A stretch of 64,000 nt of DNA, taken from positions 96,472,001-96,536,000 of the forward strand of contig OX597817.1 in the NCBI GenBank assembly GCA_951406725.2. The letters run 5' to 3'. Position numbers and translations under genes: made by a program. Source of the stretch: Octopus vulgaris. Taxonomy: Eukaryota. A model generated the notes under the pieces. It was not told where the DNA came from, searched no databases, and saw only the letters and a program-made list of their open reading frames with translations. Positions 23,688 through 37,330 of the stretch are shown here, piece after piece; the stretch's first letter is position 1; every line of letters starts with the position of its first letter.

Positions 23688-26600
23688 ACTTACTTGTACT
23701 TGTGGTGACATTCACCCTGGGCGGGTAGAGTCGGCTTCTTCTACCACCCTCGAGGCATCTCAAACCATGGCAGCCCACGCACGACGGTCCTGCGCCAGTT
23801 CACTGGAGATAGCGAGCCAGTCATGGTTCCATCAGCGCAGGCCAACCACCTGCGGTCCCGTGAGCATGGAGAGGTCCACCTTGATCGTCGTAACCCAGGT
23901 CTTCAGCTGCCTGCCTGCACGTTTCTGCCAGTTGGGAAGTGGAGCTGGGAAAAGGACATCACGGCTCAGTTCACCCACCTGACGCCTACATGCATGACCA
24001 AACCACTGCAAGCACCGTTGCAGAAGGACAGATGGAAGGGGCCGCAGAGACAGGTGAAGCCGGAAATTGGTGGTGGGAACTCGATCCACCCGACGGCAGC
24101 GAAGAATGCACCGGAGGCAGTCATTGTCGAAGACTTCCAGCCTTCGTTGATCGACCACCCGCATAGGCCACGTTTCACAGCCATAGAGAAGTACTGTACG
24201 AATGATGACCTGATATATTCGCCCTTTGGTCACCAATGACATCTCCCTTCGGTCCCACAGACACCGCTTTAGGCGTCCAAAGGCAGATCGAGCAGCATTG
24301 ATGCGATGATCAACCTCGACTGCACCCTGACCGTTTGGGATCACCATTAAGCACAAATAGATGTAAGACTCCACATCCTCCAGGTCCTCACCCGCGAGAG
24401 ATATTGGCTGCCAGATGTCAGTCGGAACCAACGACCTCATCACCTTCAACTTGGTGGCATAGATTCGGAGATCAACCGCGGCTGCTGCCGTTTGAACCTC
24501 TTCAAGAGCCGCTTGAACATCCTCCCTGCTTGCACCCATCAGTACGCTGTCATCCACATAGGCCAGGTCCGTCACCGCGACTCCTCTCCCAACCTCTACG
24601 CCCCAATAGTCCCAGAGCATGGTGTTGAGAACGTAGTCAATGGCATAGTTGAAGAGGGTTGACGACAGTGCGCACCCCTTCCACACACCTGTCCCAACAT
24701 CAAACGGCGCCATCTGCTCACCATAAACCCTGACGCGTGCTCAAGTCGATCGGTAGTAGCCTTGTATGAGGCGGAGCAGCTTCTCTGGGATACCGTCCTC
24801 CTGCATTATGTGCCACAGGGCCTCCCAACCTACCAAATCAAAGGCAGCAGCGAAGTTGATGAAGCATAGAACAGTAGGCTGCTGGTACACCCACTGTAGT
24901 TCCAGAACATGCTGGAGGTTGAGGATTTGATTGACACACCCTCTTCCCGGACGGAAGCCACCCTGAGAAGGACGGGTATGGACATCACGGACGGTCTGGA
25001 ACCTCTTCAGCAGAAGAATTGCGAAGGATTTGGCAGCAACATCGATAAGGCTGATGCCCCTATAGTTTGAGCACAGCTTTTTGTCCCCTTTTTTGAAGAA
25101 TGGCAGGAGGGTTGCATCACTCCAGTCCTCAGGGAAGCGCTCTGTCGCCCACACTGCATAGAAGACTCGATGGAGCCAGGATGCGAAGACATCTGGCTCG
25201 GCTTTGTACACCTCTGCTGGAATACCGTCTTCACCTGGCGCTTTGTTGTTCCGGAGATGGGTCAGGACACTGCGTGCCTCCTCAACCGTTGGAGGGGCAG
25301 TGCTGCATCCATAGTCATCCCCAGTTGGCTGCACGAAGGTTTGTGAAGATGGTGGCGGATGGTTGAGTAGCTCGGAGAAGTGGTCCCACCATTGATCCAG
25401 CCGGTCACTAAGATTCGTAATGACCGCGCCAGTCCGATCACGGATCGTCTCACTGATACCCGTATTGCCTTGACTGGCCTGTTTCACCAGCTAGTAGAGT
25501 TTGCGCGAGTCACCACAGGCTGCTGCCCCTTCCATCTGCTCTGCAAATGCACGCCAGTGTGCATTCTGATCAGCCCGGATGGCCCTCGAGGCGCGTCGTA
25601 GCAGATCTCAAATATTTGGTGCACCCTTCAGTCGTCCCCAAAGTCCATCCTCTCCTCACTGTGGTGGGGGATGCTGGCAACGGGTAGTGTCAGAGCTATG
25701 CCGTCGGGAACTTCAGTTCCTGGTAGGGCCGCCCAAGGCAGATTGGTCTGACACTGAGTTGTTTTAGGGCCACAACCCGGCAGACGGGGCTCTGGTGAAA
25801 ATCCTCGGAGTGTCTGTTTCGGCAACCAGTGGCTCCTCAGTCATTCTGTCCCTGCGTCTGTAGACAATCTGTGGCAAACAGGATGTCTCTACATGCCGGA
25901 TTGTTGGGGACCGCTTGTGAAATCCACATATTCCCACAAAACTTCTTCCATGAATTCTCAATGGCGAACACTCACTCAACTACTACTACTGCTGCTACTG
26001 CTACTTCATGTACTACACAAATCTACCCAAACCCTGCTATTGCTCTTTCGCTATTTCGGCGTAGAAAGGACCTGAGAGAAGCATGCTGGAACTTCATGAC
26101 GACGGTGTCCAGGCATTTACGATGAAGGCTCTGCACAGTTACCACATGGCCGTTGCTTGTCTTTCAGAGGTGCGTCTTGCAGACGTCTGCCATCTTCCGA
26201 TCAAAGTCCCCGGCGAAGAATTTACCTACCATCTGTATCACAGTGGTGTGACTGATAACAGTGGCCTCCATGGGGTGGCTATAGCACTCAGCCCTGACGT
26301 GCAAGCGGCTTTGCTTGCGTGGCAGCCAATCTCGCATCAACTCGCACTGGTTCAATTGAAGGGTCAAATCTCCAACGTCAGCATCATCGCTGTGTATGCT
26401 CCCACTCTCAATGCAGACGATGCGGACAAGACGCAGTTCTACACAGATCTTCAGGCGGCAGTGGATGATGTTCCTGCCAGTGATGTTCTCATTGTTGATG
26501 GGGACTGGAACACTCGGACTGGACCTGCTGACGATACAACATGGCACATTCTGGGACGCTTTGCCCTAGGTGCTTGCTGTGACAATGGTGAACGGCTCAT

Positions 26601-27097
26601 GCCTTTTGTGGAGGCTAATCGTCTTATTGTCACCAACACTCACTTTCAGCATCCACAACGTCTTCTCATCACGTGGCGTTCCAATGATGAGAGAACGGCC
26701 AATCAGATCGATTACATCCTGGTCAGATCGCGGTGGGCCAGCTCGGTGATGGACTCACGGATGTTCCGGGGGAGATGACACGGGCATTGAGCATGGATCA
26801 GACCATACTCTTTTTCGGGCGACCCTCCATTTCAGGCTGCAAGCAAGACCTCCTCCTACGCGTCAGAAGATCGATGTCTCGCGTCTCAAACTTGAGGCTG
26901 GGAACCATTTTCGGCTTGAGCTCAGAAACCGATTCCTAGTGCTTGGCGACGAGTTGGTTCAACAATCGGAGCAAGAATGGAGCGCACTCAAGACGGCGAC
27001 GACTGAGGTGGCCGGGAAGCATCTTGTGTCCACCAGACAGCGCCATCGGGACTGGATCTCCGGCAACACTCTTGAACTCACTGAGAGGGCAAGAGTG
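23688..27097. mobile_element. RTE-like LINE with 5' inversion (RT on minus ~25630-23700; 5'UTR and APE on plus ~25630-27097)
   Basis: RT: KAPGEDGI, NYRGISL, QGGFRPGRGC, LAYVDD, LLYGCETW. APE: CLSEVRL, VYAPT, GDWN, NQIDYILV. TSD ACTTTAATAATT at 23676-23687 and 27098-27109. (AAGT)n-like tail. Confidence 0.9.
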
Positions 27098-27789
27098 ACT
27101 TTAATAATTCCGCCATCATTATCTCTATCATATTCCCACCTACGGCAGCCAAAAAGCTGGGTTTCTCCTTAGACACTTGCTTTGCACTATCAGCTTTTTT
27201 TCTGGTGCCTTCTTTATCTCTGGGAAATCCTCCCTGAACATGATGTTAAATTCCACTACAAAATGAATTCCTTCAAAAGGAATTGAAAACAAATCCTTTT
27301 TTTTTTTACAAAAAAAATTTTTGCCAAAATATGACAAAAATAATATTTTTTGCCTTGCAAAGGGTAAAAATTCACAGAGTTCAAAAGTTCAACAGTAGTT
27401 TTTTCCAATAATAAAAAAATTCACAATTTTCTGCCCCATAGGGCAAAATTTACTGTTAACAAATTGATAACAGTTTAAATTTTAACAAAAACCAGTATTG
27501 CAATAACAAGTAAACATGGAAATAACGCTATTTGAACTCACAAACAAGTAGCAGCCAACACCAAAATGTAGCTAAGTGATGATTCTTTATTACTAATATT
27601 TACATTCAAAACATAGAAGGGACAAAACAGAACATTACAAAACACTTAATGATGGTTGGTGAGCTTATTTGATGACATTTTGTTTTAAAATATTTTATAT
27701 ATATATATATATATATATACAATTAAAAATTTCAAAAATCACTGACATCATCAGCCAATGTAGAAACAGACTTACCACATCCAATTTCA

Positions 27790-28145
27790 TTAGGGATGCC
27801 CCCTCCCCGAATTCTCCAACCTCCACAGAGGCAGCACATACAGAAGCAGAGACAGGGGGCACCCTTGACAAACTGATCGCTTGATCTCAAACGGAACCGA
27901 CAGGTTTACCTGGACTGTTGATTTAATGCTGCCATAAATAGCAGTGATCCAGCCTCGGAAGCCCGGGCCTAGCCCAGCCACCTCGAGGACCACCGCCAGA
28001 TACTGGTAGTCTACCTTATCAAAAGCTTTACTTTGGTTTAAATGGACTAATGCCCCAACTTTGCCAGATAATTTACCAACTCTGTCTAATGTGTAGCACA
28101 AGAGATGAAGGTTGTCCTGGATTGACCTTAGCAGAATTTGCACTC
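27790..28145 (-). mobile_element. L1/Tx1-like RT fragment
   Basis: ALVHLNQSKAFDKVDYQYL..., RSVCQGCPLSLLLYVL. Same family as 56036-60727. Confidence 0.8.
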
Positions 28146-28478
28146 AGAATATAAAGAACAAAGAAAGGCTGCAAGGCATTTTATCTGATGCACAAATAAT
28201 ACTGTCGATCTATCTCTACCCTTTAATTTTTTATACATTATTAATACATGTGAGTGATGTATTCCCCAAAAATAGACAATAAGAATAGATTATTTCAAAG
28301 TTTTCTTGTATGAAATGTTTTTGCTGACAATGATTATAAATGCTATCTCATAAAAGCTGATTCTTGATACTGCTTTTTAAATTTTATTTTAAATATTTTG
28401 ATATAATTTGCTATTTTCTTGATACATATCATGTACTTTTTTTATTATATAATATCAATTCAAATTTGTCTTAATTAG

Positions 28479-28579
28479 TTTGGAAAGATCCTGACATTGT
28501 GTTAGTCCATGATGCAGTCCGCCCATTAATTAATGAATCCATCATCCAACAAGTTGCAGTTGCAGCTAAGAAATATGGC
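28479..28579 (+). CDS. CRPPA: CRPPA/ISPD exon B
   Basis: ttaattag|TT TGG AAA GAT...TAT GGC|gtatgt. Encodes (V)WKDPDIVLVHDAVRPLINESIIQQVAVAAKKYG with the IspD signature HDAVRP. An in-frame alternative acceptor 9 nt downstream (start 28488) is possible. Confidence 0.93.
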
Positions 28580-28942
28580 GTATGTATTTACAATTTGTAT
28601 GTTTACAATATTTTCTGCTGAAACTATTTTATTTCATATCTAATTAAAACACACCGCCATTTTCAATTCTTACTAAGTTTTTTTTTTAATTTGTAATTTA
28701 AACATTGTAATTAGACCAAATTATTTTGAAGTAAATGTTAGAAAACACAGTTAATATATGGAAAACTAAAATGTTTTCTTATGATACAATTATGTTTTTC
28801 TCATTTTAAATCCTGACTCAACCAACTATCTTAAGGTTTTGAAAATAGCCATTAATTTCAATGAGTTCTTTTGAGTCCTGGTTATTTTATAATATCTGTC
28901 TTTGGTATTAGACTTTATGCCTATTTCTTTTACTCTGTAGAG

Positions 28943-30720
28943 CAGGTGTGGGAAATTCATTTGGCCATATTCATGTGTAGTGGATGAGATTTCATGGGCT
29001 TGGTAGGAAAAATATTTTTAAAGACCCTATTCACAATGTGCAGTGTGAATGAATAAAGGAGTCCATATGCATTTTAACAACTTTATTAATAATAAAAATA
29101 AAAAGGATATGTGGTGTTAGCAAAGTTTGTGTGTGCAGAAAAGTGTGGAAAAATTCCATCTATGTGGTATACATAATACAGGCTTATTAAGTAACAGTTC
29201 TTGGAATAAGTACATCATCATCATCATCATTTAACGTCCGTTTTCCATGCTGGCATGGGTTGGACAGTTTGACTGAGGACTGGTGAGCCAGAGGCTGCAC
29301 CAGGCTCAATCTGGTCTGGCAAAGTTTCTACAGCTGGATGTCCTTCCTAACGCCAAACACTCCAAGAGTGTAGTGGGTGCTTTTTACATGCCAAAGGCAT
29401 GAGGACTAGTCAGGCGGTTCTGGCAACGACCATGCTCACGTTCAAAAGGTGTTTTTACATGCTACATGCACAGGAGACAGTCCGGTAGCACTGGCAACGA
29501 CCATGCTTGAATGTTGATTTTCACATGCCACTGACATGTGCTGGTAAGGCGACACTGGCAACAACCATGCTCAAATGGTGTTTTTCATGTGTCAGCGGCA
29601 CAGGAGCCAGTCCGTGGCCTTGGCAACAATCACGCTCGGATGTGCTTTTAGCATTCTACTGGCACAAGGTGGTACTGTCATCAGCCACATCAGCAATTTT
29701 AATTTGTTTACACTTGCCTCACTGGATCTTCATAAGCAAAGTTCTTTGTACAATGAATGCAGGGTACTTGTGGCCTGGTTACACCCCACGTTTGGATGTG
29801 CTTTTAACGTTCCACTGGCAATAGTGCCAATCAGGTGGTACTGTTGTCAGCCACGTCAGCAATTTTGATTTTGATTTCACTTGCCTCAATAGGTCTTCAC
29901 AAGCAAGGTTTGTTGTCCAGTGAATGAGGGATATTCATAAATGGGCTGGTTACACCCACTGGCATAGGCCATAGGCTACGGTCTCACTTGGCTTGTCGGG
30001 TCTTCTCAAGTACAGCATTTCTCCAAAGGTCTCGGTCACTAGTAATTCCCTCAGTTAGGCCCAATGTTCAAAGGTCGTGCTTCACCACCTCATCCCAGGT
30101 TTTCCTGGGTCTACCTCTTCCATTGATTCCCTCAACTACTAGGGTGTGACACTTTTTCACACAGCTATCCTCATTCATTTGCAACACATGACCATACCAG
30201 CACAGTTGTCTCTCTTGCACACTACATCTGATGCTTCTTAGAAATAGAAATTATCCAAATAAATGCATACAATCTTTAAGAAAACCAATGCTTGATAGAA
30301 TATTTGTTTTGTTTCAACAGCAAAAACTTTTGATATCATTCATATCACTTGAATTTGCCAAGATGAACCAGCCAGTGTATAAATTTGGAAAGACAAAAAA
30401 ATTTTTTGGGGCTTGGTGTTTATAAAGAAAGTAAAGTAGAAACAGGTCACATGTTTTAGAATGTGAATTTATAAGCTGTTTTTAATTCATTGAAATAACA
30501 AAAAAATTACCTAAGATGCACTCATTTGACTAATTAGAACCTATGTTAATCAAAACTCTAGTCAGGTTCCAACTCTGCATACTAGTAATATGTATTCTGC
30601 AGCAGATTTAAAAAATTTTTAAATAATAATTCTTTTTTTTTAATAAAATTGAGCCAGGGGCCAGACCAAACATTGCTGTAGGCTGGATCTGGCCCATGAG
30701 CTATGTGCTTGACACCTCTG
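28943..30720. mobile_element. Non-autonomous hAT (Buster/Charlie-type) element hosting an RTE insertion
   Basis: Ends CAGGTGTGGGAAA...TTGACACCTCTG. 8-bp TSD CTGTAGAG/CTGTAGAA with central TA, as typical of Buster elements. Confidence 0.65.
29213..30240 (-). mobile_element. 5'-truncated RTE LINE
   Basis: (CAT)n tail, 3'UTR repeat units, and C-terminal ..GRPRKTWDEVVKHDL coding remnant. Confidence 0.85.
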
Positions 30721-31136
30721 CTGTAGAATATGCTATTTGAAAACCAATTTTTATTAAAATGTCAAAATATGGTCAATTAAGATTGTTGTTGTTAACATTT
30801 ATCTCTAGATCTCTAGTTGAGATCATTCCATCTTTTAGGGTTATCTATGACCACATTATTTAATGTATCCTTACCTACATTTTAAGTTGGTATGTCATGA
30901 TTTGAAAAAAATAGCTGCTATTTCTAGTAGGTTTAGCTGCCATAGAGATGTTCCATCAATCTTATAAAAGATGTTGCCATACATTTAATCTACACCTCAT
31001 TACAGTAATCCATAAAATGAAATATCTATTTTTAAAACAAATAGTGTCCTTTTAAATGCATTTTGAATATGAAAATGTAAAATTGTTCACAAAACATTTT
31101 AAAATTTTGAAATATTTATTGTTTTCTATCATACAG

Positions 31137-31286
31137 GCTGCTGGAATAGTGAATCCCCTCACATCAAACATAATTTCTGTTAATTCTGACAGCTTCCCCT
31201 CTGAGTTTCTTGACAGAAATCTTTACCATGCCAGCGAGATGCCTCAAGGATTCAAATTTGACTTTCTAAAGAAATCATATGAAATG
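31137..31286 (+). CDS. CRPPA: CRPPA/ISPD exon C
   Basis: atacag|GCT...GAA ATG|gtaaac, 150 nt, phase 0/0. Encodes AAGIVNPLTSNIISVNSDSFPSEFLDRNLYHASEMPQGFKFDFLKKSYEM (ASEMPQ motif). Confidence 0.93.
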
Positions 31287-31778
31287 GTAAACCTTTATTT
31301 TAAGAAATTTTTTACCACATTTTAATTGTCAATATTTTGCTTATCTTCTGTTGCCTTATTCCCATATGTGTACATTCAGATCCTACCTCAAGAAGTGTAC
31401 ATATGTCAAAATAGTGTACTCAAGGATGATTGGAGAATAAAGTGACTAAAATATAATGTACCATCATCAGTCAGATGAAAGTCTTTGTGGCAAATTTTTT
31501 TATAGCCAGCTGCCCTTCTTGTTGCTAACCCTCATTTGTTTCCAAGTAAAGTAATTTAGTACTTAGAAATACTGTAAGTGAGGTTAATACCTTAAAACCT
31601 TTTAGTTACAACTTATTTTTAAAATGTAGATATATGCAATGAATATTTTGCTAACCCTTCAAATAAAGTTCAATCAGTTTCATTCTTTTTTTTTTTTTCA
31701 ATTTCAAATATATATCACTTGCTGTTTCAACCTAAGCTAGAGAAGTTAGGATCAACATGCTTCAAAATATATTTGTAT

Positions 31779-34175
31779 ATCATCATCATCATCATTATCA
31801 TCGTTTAACATCCACTTTCCATGCTGGCATGGATTGGACAGTTTGACTGAGAGTGTAGTGGGTGCTTTCTATGTGCCACCAGCACAGGAGCCAGTCAAGT
31901 GGCACTGGCATCAGCCACGCTTGACTGGTGCTTTTTACATGCCACCAGCATGGATGCCAATCAAGCAGCACTTGCATCAGCCACACTCAAATGGTGCTTT
32001 TTATGTGCCACCAGCACAGGTGATAGTCAGGCCGCACTGGCATTGGCCGCAACTATGATTTCACTTGGTCCAACAGTTCTTCACAAGCACAGCATATCAG
32101 TCAATGATTGAAGGGTGCTTCTAAACAGGCCAGTTGTGGAACACTGGCATCAGCCACGACTACGATCTCACTTAGCTTCCCAGGTCTTCTCAAGCACAGC
32201 ATACTTCAAAGGTCTCAGTCACTTGTCATTGAATCTGTGAGGCCCAATGTTTTTAAAAGTCATGCTTCATCACTTCATTCCATGTCTTTCTGGGTCTACC
32301 TCTTCCACAGATCCCCTCCACTGTTAGGGTGTGACACTTCTTCACACAGTTGTCCTCATCCATATGCATCACAAGACCATACCAGTGCAGTCGTCTCTCT
32401 TGCCAACCATGTTTTTATGTCCAACTTTTCTCTCTGGGCTTTTACACTGTCGTGTGTGCACACTGACATTACACATCCAGCAGAGCATACTAGCTTCATT
32501 TCTTGCAAGCCTATGCATGTCCTCAGCAGTCACAGCCCATGTTTCACTGCCATGTAGCATAGCTGTTTGCACACATGCATCATACAGTCTACCTTTCACT
32601 CTGAGCTACAGGCCCTTTGTTACCAGCAGAAGTAGGAGCTCTCTGAACTTTGCCCAACCTATTCTTATTCTACCAGCTATGCTCTCAGAGCATCCACTCC
32701 ATCTACTGACTTGGTCATGTAAGTAACAGAAGCTATCAACCACTTCTAGTTTTTTCCCATGGCATGTGATGGAATCTGTTTTCTGTACATCTTTGGTGTT
32801 TATGGCACCTGTGCATCTTCCACACACAAAAACTATCTTCCCAGTTAACCTTCCTTTGATATTACTGCACCTCTTATGTGTCCATAGCTTACACCAGGTA
32901 CATCTTATGGATTTTATACCTATGCCTTTTCCACAGATCAAGCGGGACTATCTACCTGAAGGGATTTGTGATTTTTCAGCCTTCCTATGTACTAAAACTT
33001 TGGTTTTTGCTAGGTTAACTCTAAGGCACTTTAATTCTAGACCTTGCTTCCATACCTGAGACTTCTTTTCTAGTTCTGGTAGTAATTCAGCTAGAGGAGC
33101 TTCCTGGAGCAGCCTGTCTTGAATTCCTCTATTATTTCCTGGAGGACTATGATGAACAAGAGGAGGCTGAGAACCAATCCTTGGTGAACCCCTACTTCTA
33201 CCTGGAATTCTTTGCTTTACTCATTACCAACCCTTACCTTACTGACAGCATCCTTGTTCATAGCTTGTACAGCTCTCACCACTCACTTATCTACCCCTAG
33301 TTTCTTCATTGATCACCAGATAAAGGATTGGGGGACCCTCTCAAAGGCTTTCTCCCTATCAAGAAAAGCCAAGTGCAAAGGTTTATCTTAGGCTAGGAAT
33401 TTCTCCTGCAGCTGTCTTACCAGAAATATAGCATCAGTGGTGCTTCTCCTTGACACAGACCCAAACTGCATCTTATCTAAACTAACCCTCTCCCTGATTA
33501 GTTGGGCTGTGACCCTCTCCACGACTTTCATCACTTGATCCAACAATTTGATATTTTTGTAATTATTTCTATCTAATAGAATTTCTATCTTCACATTTGT
33601 AGCAGTTGACTATGGTGCTGCTACACCAGTCATTGGGTATGACTCCTTCATGTGTCACCTGGCTAACTATACAGGTAACTAGACTATAGCCTACACCACC
33701 AGATATTTTAAGCATCTCAGCAGTTATTCATGATGGGCTGGGAGCTTTCCATATCTTTATGCCCTTAATTGCTTTATCTACCAAGGTACTGTCAATTTGG
33801 ATAGCTGGTCCCTCTGTTGGGTCAACATGTGGCAGACTCTTTCATTCATTCTCTTAATTTAGCAACCGTTCATAGTGGCATCTCCAAGTCTCTTGCTTTG
33901 CAGTATCATTAAATGCAACTGAGCCATCATCCATGCAGATACATTTCTCTCCTCTGACATCATGATTTTCTCTCACACACCATCTTGCAATTCAAAACAC
34001 TTCAAGTCTCTGGTCCTCAGGAGGCAGAACATTGGCAAATTTCTTCTTATCTGCTTCCCTCCGGCTATGTAAACCTGTCTCCTAACTTCCCTTCTGGCTA
34101 TCTGATACAATTCCCTGCTACCATCACACTTCCAGTCCTTCCAGCCTGTTTCTTTTCCCTAATGGCCCTGTCAAC
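31779..34175 (-). mobile_element. RTE LINE, degenerate ORF (RT with embedded PHD-like finger)
   Basis: MQFG..RRSTTDAIFLVRQLQEKFL, ICGKGIG..SIRCTWCKLWTHKRC...VCGRC, LEVVDSFCYL, LHGSETW, (CAT)n tail. Confidence 0.88.
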
Positions 34176-35252
34176 TACAATAAACAAATAAGTAAAGTAA
34201 AAGTAAAATGCCTTATGAAAACAATTGTCTATGAAGGATGAGGATATATCAGTAAAAATAATTTCTGTACGTTGTGGTGATTTGGAACCAGTTAATTTTT
34301 TAATATAAATGTTTGCACATTTTTCTATTCACCAAATTTTGGTTAATTTCAAACCATCATTTCCACTATTCTATTGGGTCATTGCAAGTAAAGCAAGATG
34401 CAGAATCCCTTACAAACTAATACTGCCTCTTTTTAAGGAATTGGATCAATAATTCTGAAGAAATTTGTCATTAATTTGGATGGAATGTAACAAAATTTTC
34501 ATTTGTGAAAATAATGATTTTTTACTCTAAAATGTTGAAAATTATCTATTCTAACAGATGTGGGATTTATTATTGAAATATTTGAGCCTGATTGAGTGCA
34601 ACAAAATAAATAATTCTCAAGAATTCTCACATGGAATTCACTCTACTGCATGCAGTCAGACTAGACCTACATTTTGAGTTCAGCAAACAAACTGATATTT
34701 ACACTGTTGGAATTTTCTTTTCTTTTTATAGGTTTTGCTGTGATTTACAGTTTTTGAAATCATGCAGTTTCTATATATTGGCAGTTGCTTATCTCCTTCA
34801 TTTTTATCAATAGTGTTGTTACAATAAAAGGTATGTTTACGTAATCGAGTAGTCAGGAAGAAAAGAAAGGTTAAATATTCACAGAAAATTGTAGATATTT
34901 AAGTTTTTTTTAATTTTCTAAAGATGATCATTTGTGTGTCTGATCAGAGAAAACTACAGTGTTCTTGCAATAAAAGGAGGAAAGGAAATGTTAGGTATTC
35001 ACTGAAAATTGTAGATATTTAAAGTTTTTAAAGATGATTGTTTGTGTGTCCAGAACAGAGTAAACTGTAGATATGAAAGTTTTTAAACTTATTTTGAAGG
35101 AAATTTAAAATACTCACAGGAAATTGTAGATATTCCAGTTTTGGGAAATTATTTTTTAGTTGTTCTACTGGGTTGTATTAGAGCTTCTTTGTCTTTAGCT
35201 GACTGGTCAGAGCAGTGAAGAACACATCCAGCCACTATCAAGGCTACCATTA

Positions 35253-35308
<56 letters not shown>

Positions 35309-35347
35309 TTTCTTCTTCTTCTCCTCCTCCTCGTCATCATTATTATT

Positions 35348-35557
35348 GGCAAGGCGGCAAAATCGTTAGCATGCTGGATGAAATGCTTAGCGATGTTTCG
35401 CCAGTCACTACATTCTGAGTTCAAACTCTGCCAAGGTCGACTTTGCCTTTCATCCTTTTGGAGTCAATAAATTAAGTACCAGTGAAACACTGGGGTCGAT
35501 GTAATCAACTAGTCCTCTCCCCTCAAACTTCAGGCCTTGTGCCTTTTAATAGAAAGG
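35348..35557 (+). mobile_element. tRNA-derived SINE between (TTA)n runs
   Basis: B-box-like GAGTTCAAACTC, central GTCGACTTTGCCTTTCATCCTTT motif, (TTA)n tail. Confidence 0.65.
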
Positions 35558-35559
35558 AT

Positions 35560-37330
35560 TATTATTATTATGTGATGAAACTCACTGCTTATTTTGCTGG
35601 GTATGATGGAAAGTGTCAGCTGTCCACAGCCAGCAGACTAAGGTGACACTTGTTCACTGGTCATACTTCAAGAACTCTGCAAAGAATTCTTGCAGTTCTA
35701 AACAATGCTGGTTTTTGTAGCTTCACACTTGCACCAATCTTTTTTAACCATGTTGGTAGTTGAGTGCTAGTACTTCGAAGTGTACCAATTACTATTGGTA
35801 TCACATCTACAGAGTAGATGTGATACCAAAATCCCTGTACACCATCAGGTCCTGCTATTTCCAATTGCTTATCTTTTCACTCATATTTCTGATATCATCT
35901 TCTGTGAAGTGGATAACCTCTTGCTGGGGATAAGAAGTTGTTTGCTTCAGGTTGCAGAGCCATTCAGCTGTAGCATTATGTTGTTCTTGCTTACTCCATA
36001 TCTTACCCAAGAAAAGTCAACTTTTATCAGCATCAGGGACTAATATTTCATGTTTTTTATGATCATTAATCTCTTGATAAAATCTTTTTTGTTCAGTTCT
36101 AAACAATTTGTTTTGCCAGTATTGTTTAATCCGTTATTCAAATCTAGTTAGCTTTGCTTCAGTTTGCAATGCTTCAGTTTTTCAGTTATCTACACCATAC
36201 TTCTTCCTAACTTTTTCGAATTTACACTCATTCTTAAATTCTCCATTTCTTTTCCTGACAAGAATTGACACTACACTATTCAAGGAGTTTATATCTTCTG
36301 AAATTCTCCATGAAGGTTGTTTATTTCCTTTTCTAGCCATCGCTGTTCTGTTCTTAGTAGTTCTCAATCCTATCCTGTACACCACAATCCTACTAGCAGC
36401 CTGGATAAGTTTATTTGTTTGTGTGACATCTTTTGTTTCAAAGTGTCTCAATATATTATTGACTTTACTCGCCTCTTGATTTAGTCTCCATTGGTTAGCC
36501 TTCTTTAAGTCACACATAAATTCTGTCCCTTCTTTATCTAATAGATCCAAAATTCTGTCTATTATTAATCGATTTTCATTGTTTGAGTAGTCACTAATCT
36601 CAATTCTTTCACAGTTCATGGTAGCATATTCTTGCGAACAATTACCCATTCTTCCACTATACCACTTTCGTTTCTTGCATGCCCAGAATTACCTGATATC
36701 CTTCTGTTAATAGCTTCTAGCTCCAACCCTGTTAACCATCCATTCTTTCATATTGCACTTGCATGGTCACATAATCTCTGGTCAGTAATTTCGAACAGTT
36801 CCATTGCTTTCCATGCACTGTGCATTTGTTTTCTGTACTCTCTGAGAGGAATGCCATTCACATCCACTGGGATGCTGCAGTAGTAACACTCCATAACCAT
36901 CATGTTTACTTGTTTACTCCACTTATGTCTTGTAGCATGGCTAACAGTGGCTGGATTACGACCAAGCCCACTCTGCTGCACAGTGGGACACCTGCCTTCA
37001 CCATTGGTTCCAGTGCCATTCACACCATTATTGTCAAGTTTTTGCTTGGCATTTTCACTCACAAATGAGGTGTGTTTTTAGGTTACTACCAGCCAGTATT
37101 TTTATCAAGACACCATCTCTATCAAGATAGTCTGCCAAGGCGGCAGGGCCTTACTCCCCTGGTTTTTGAACTCAGGGTGGTCCTTCTCCTAAGCTGCTTT
37201 CTGTCCAAGGCTAATGAATACAGCCTACCCAGAGCACTGGTTATTTGAAGGCACCAGATACTCACCTGTTCCCACTCTTCTCCTGTTGGTATGACAGAGG
37301 AGTTGGGTTTGACTGTCAGGGAATTGGTGT
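35560..37330 (-). mobile_element. Internally deleted R4/Dong-like RLE non-LTR retrotransposon
   Basis: N-terminal RHKWSKQVN.MVMECYY...YRKQM...ITDQRLCD. Then GPDGVQGFW is fused directly to the RLE C-terminus VIPIVIG..LQK.AL..TARIL. (TAA)n 3' end. Confidence 0.75.

Noticed and set aside
29370-29830. Repeat-spacer pattern superficially like a CRISPR array (also 50095-50310 and 4515-4820)
   Set aside because: The repeats are degenerate and lie in retroelement 3'UTRs, the spacers are related to each other, there are no cas genes, and the context is eukaryotic.
34800-35145. Recurrent AAATTGTAGATATT motif
   Set aside because: Short degenerate minisatellite with no further structure evident.
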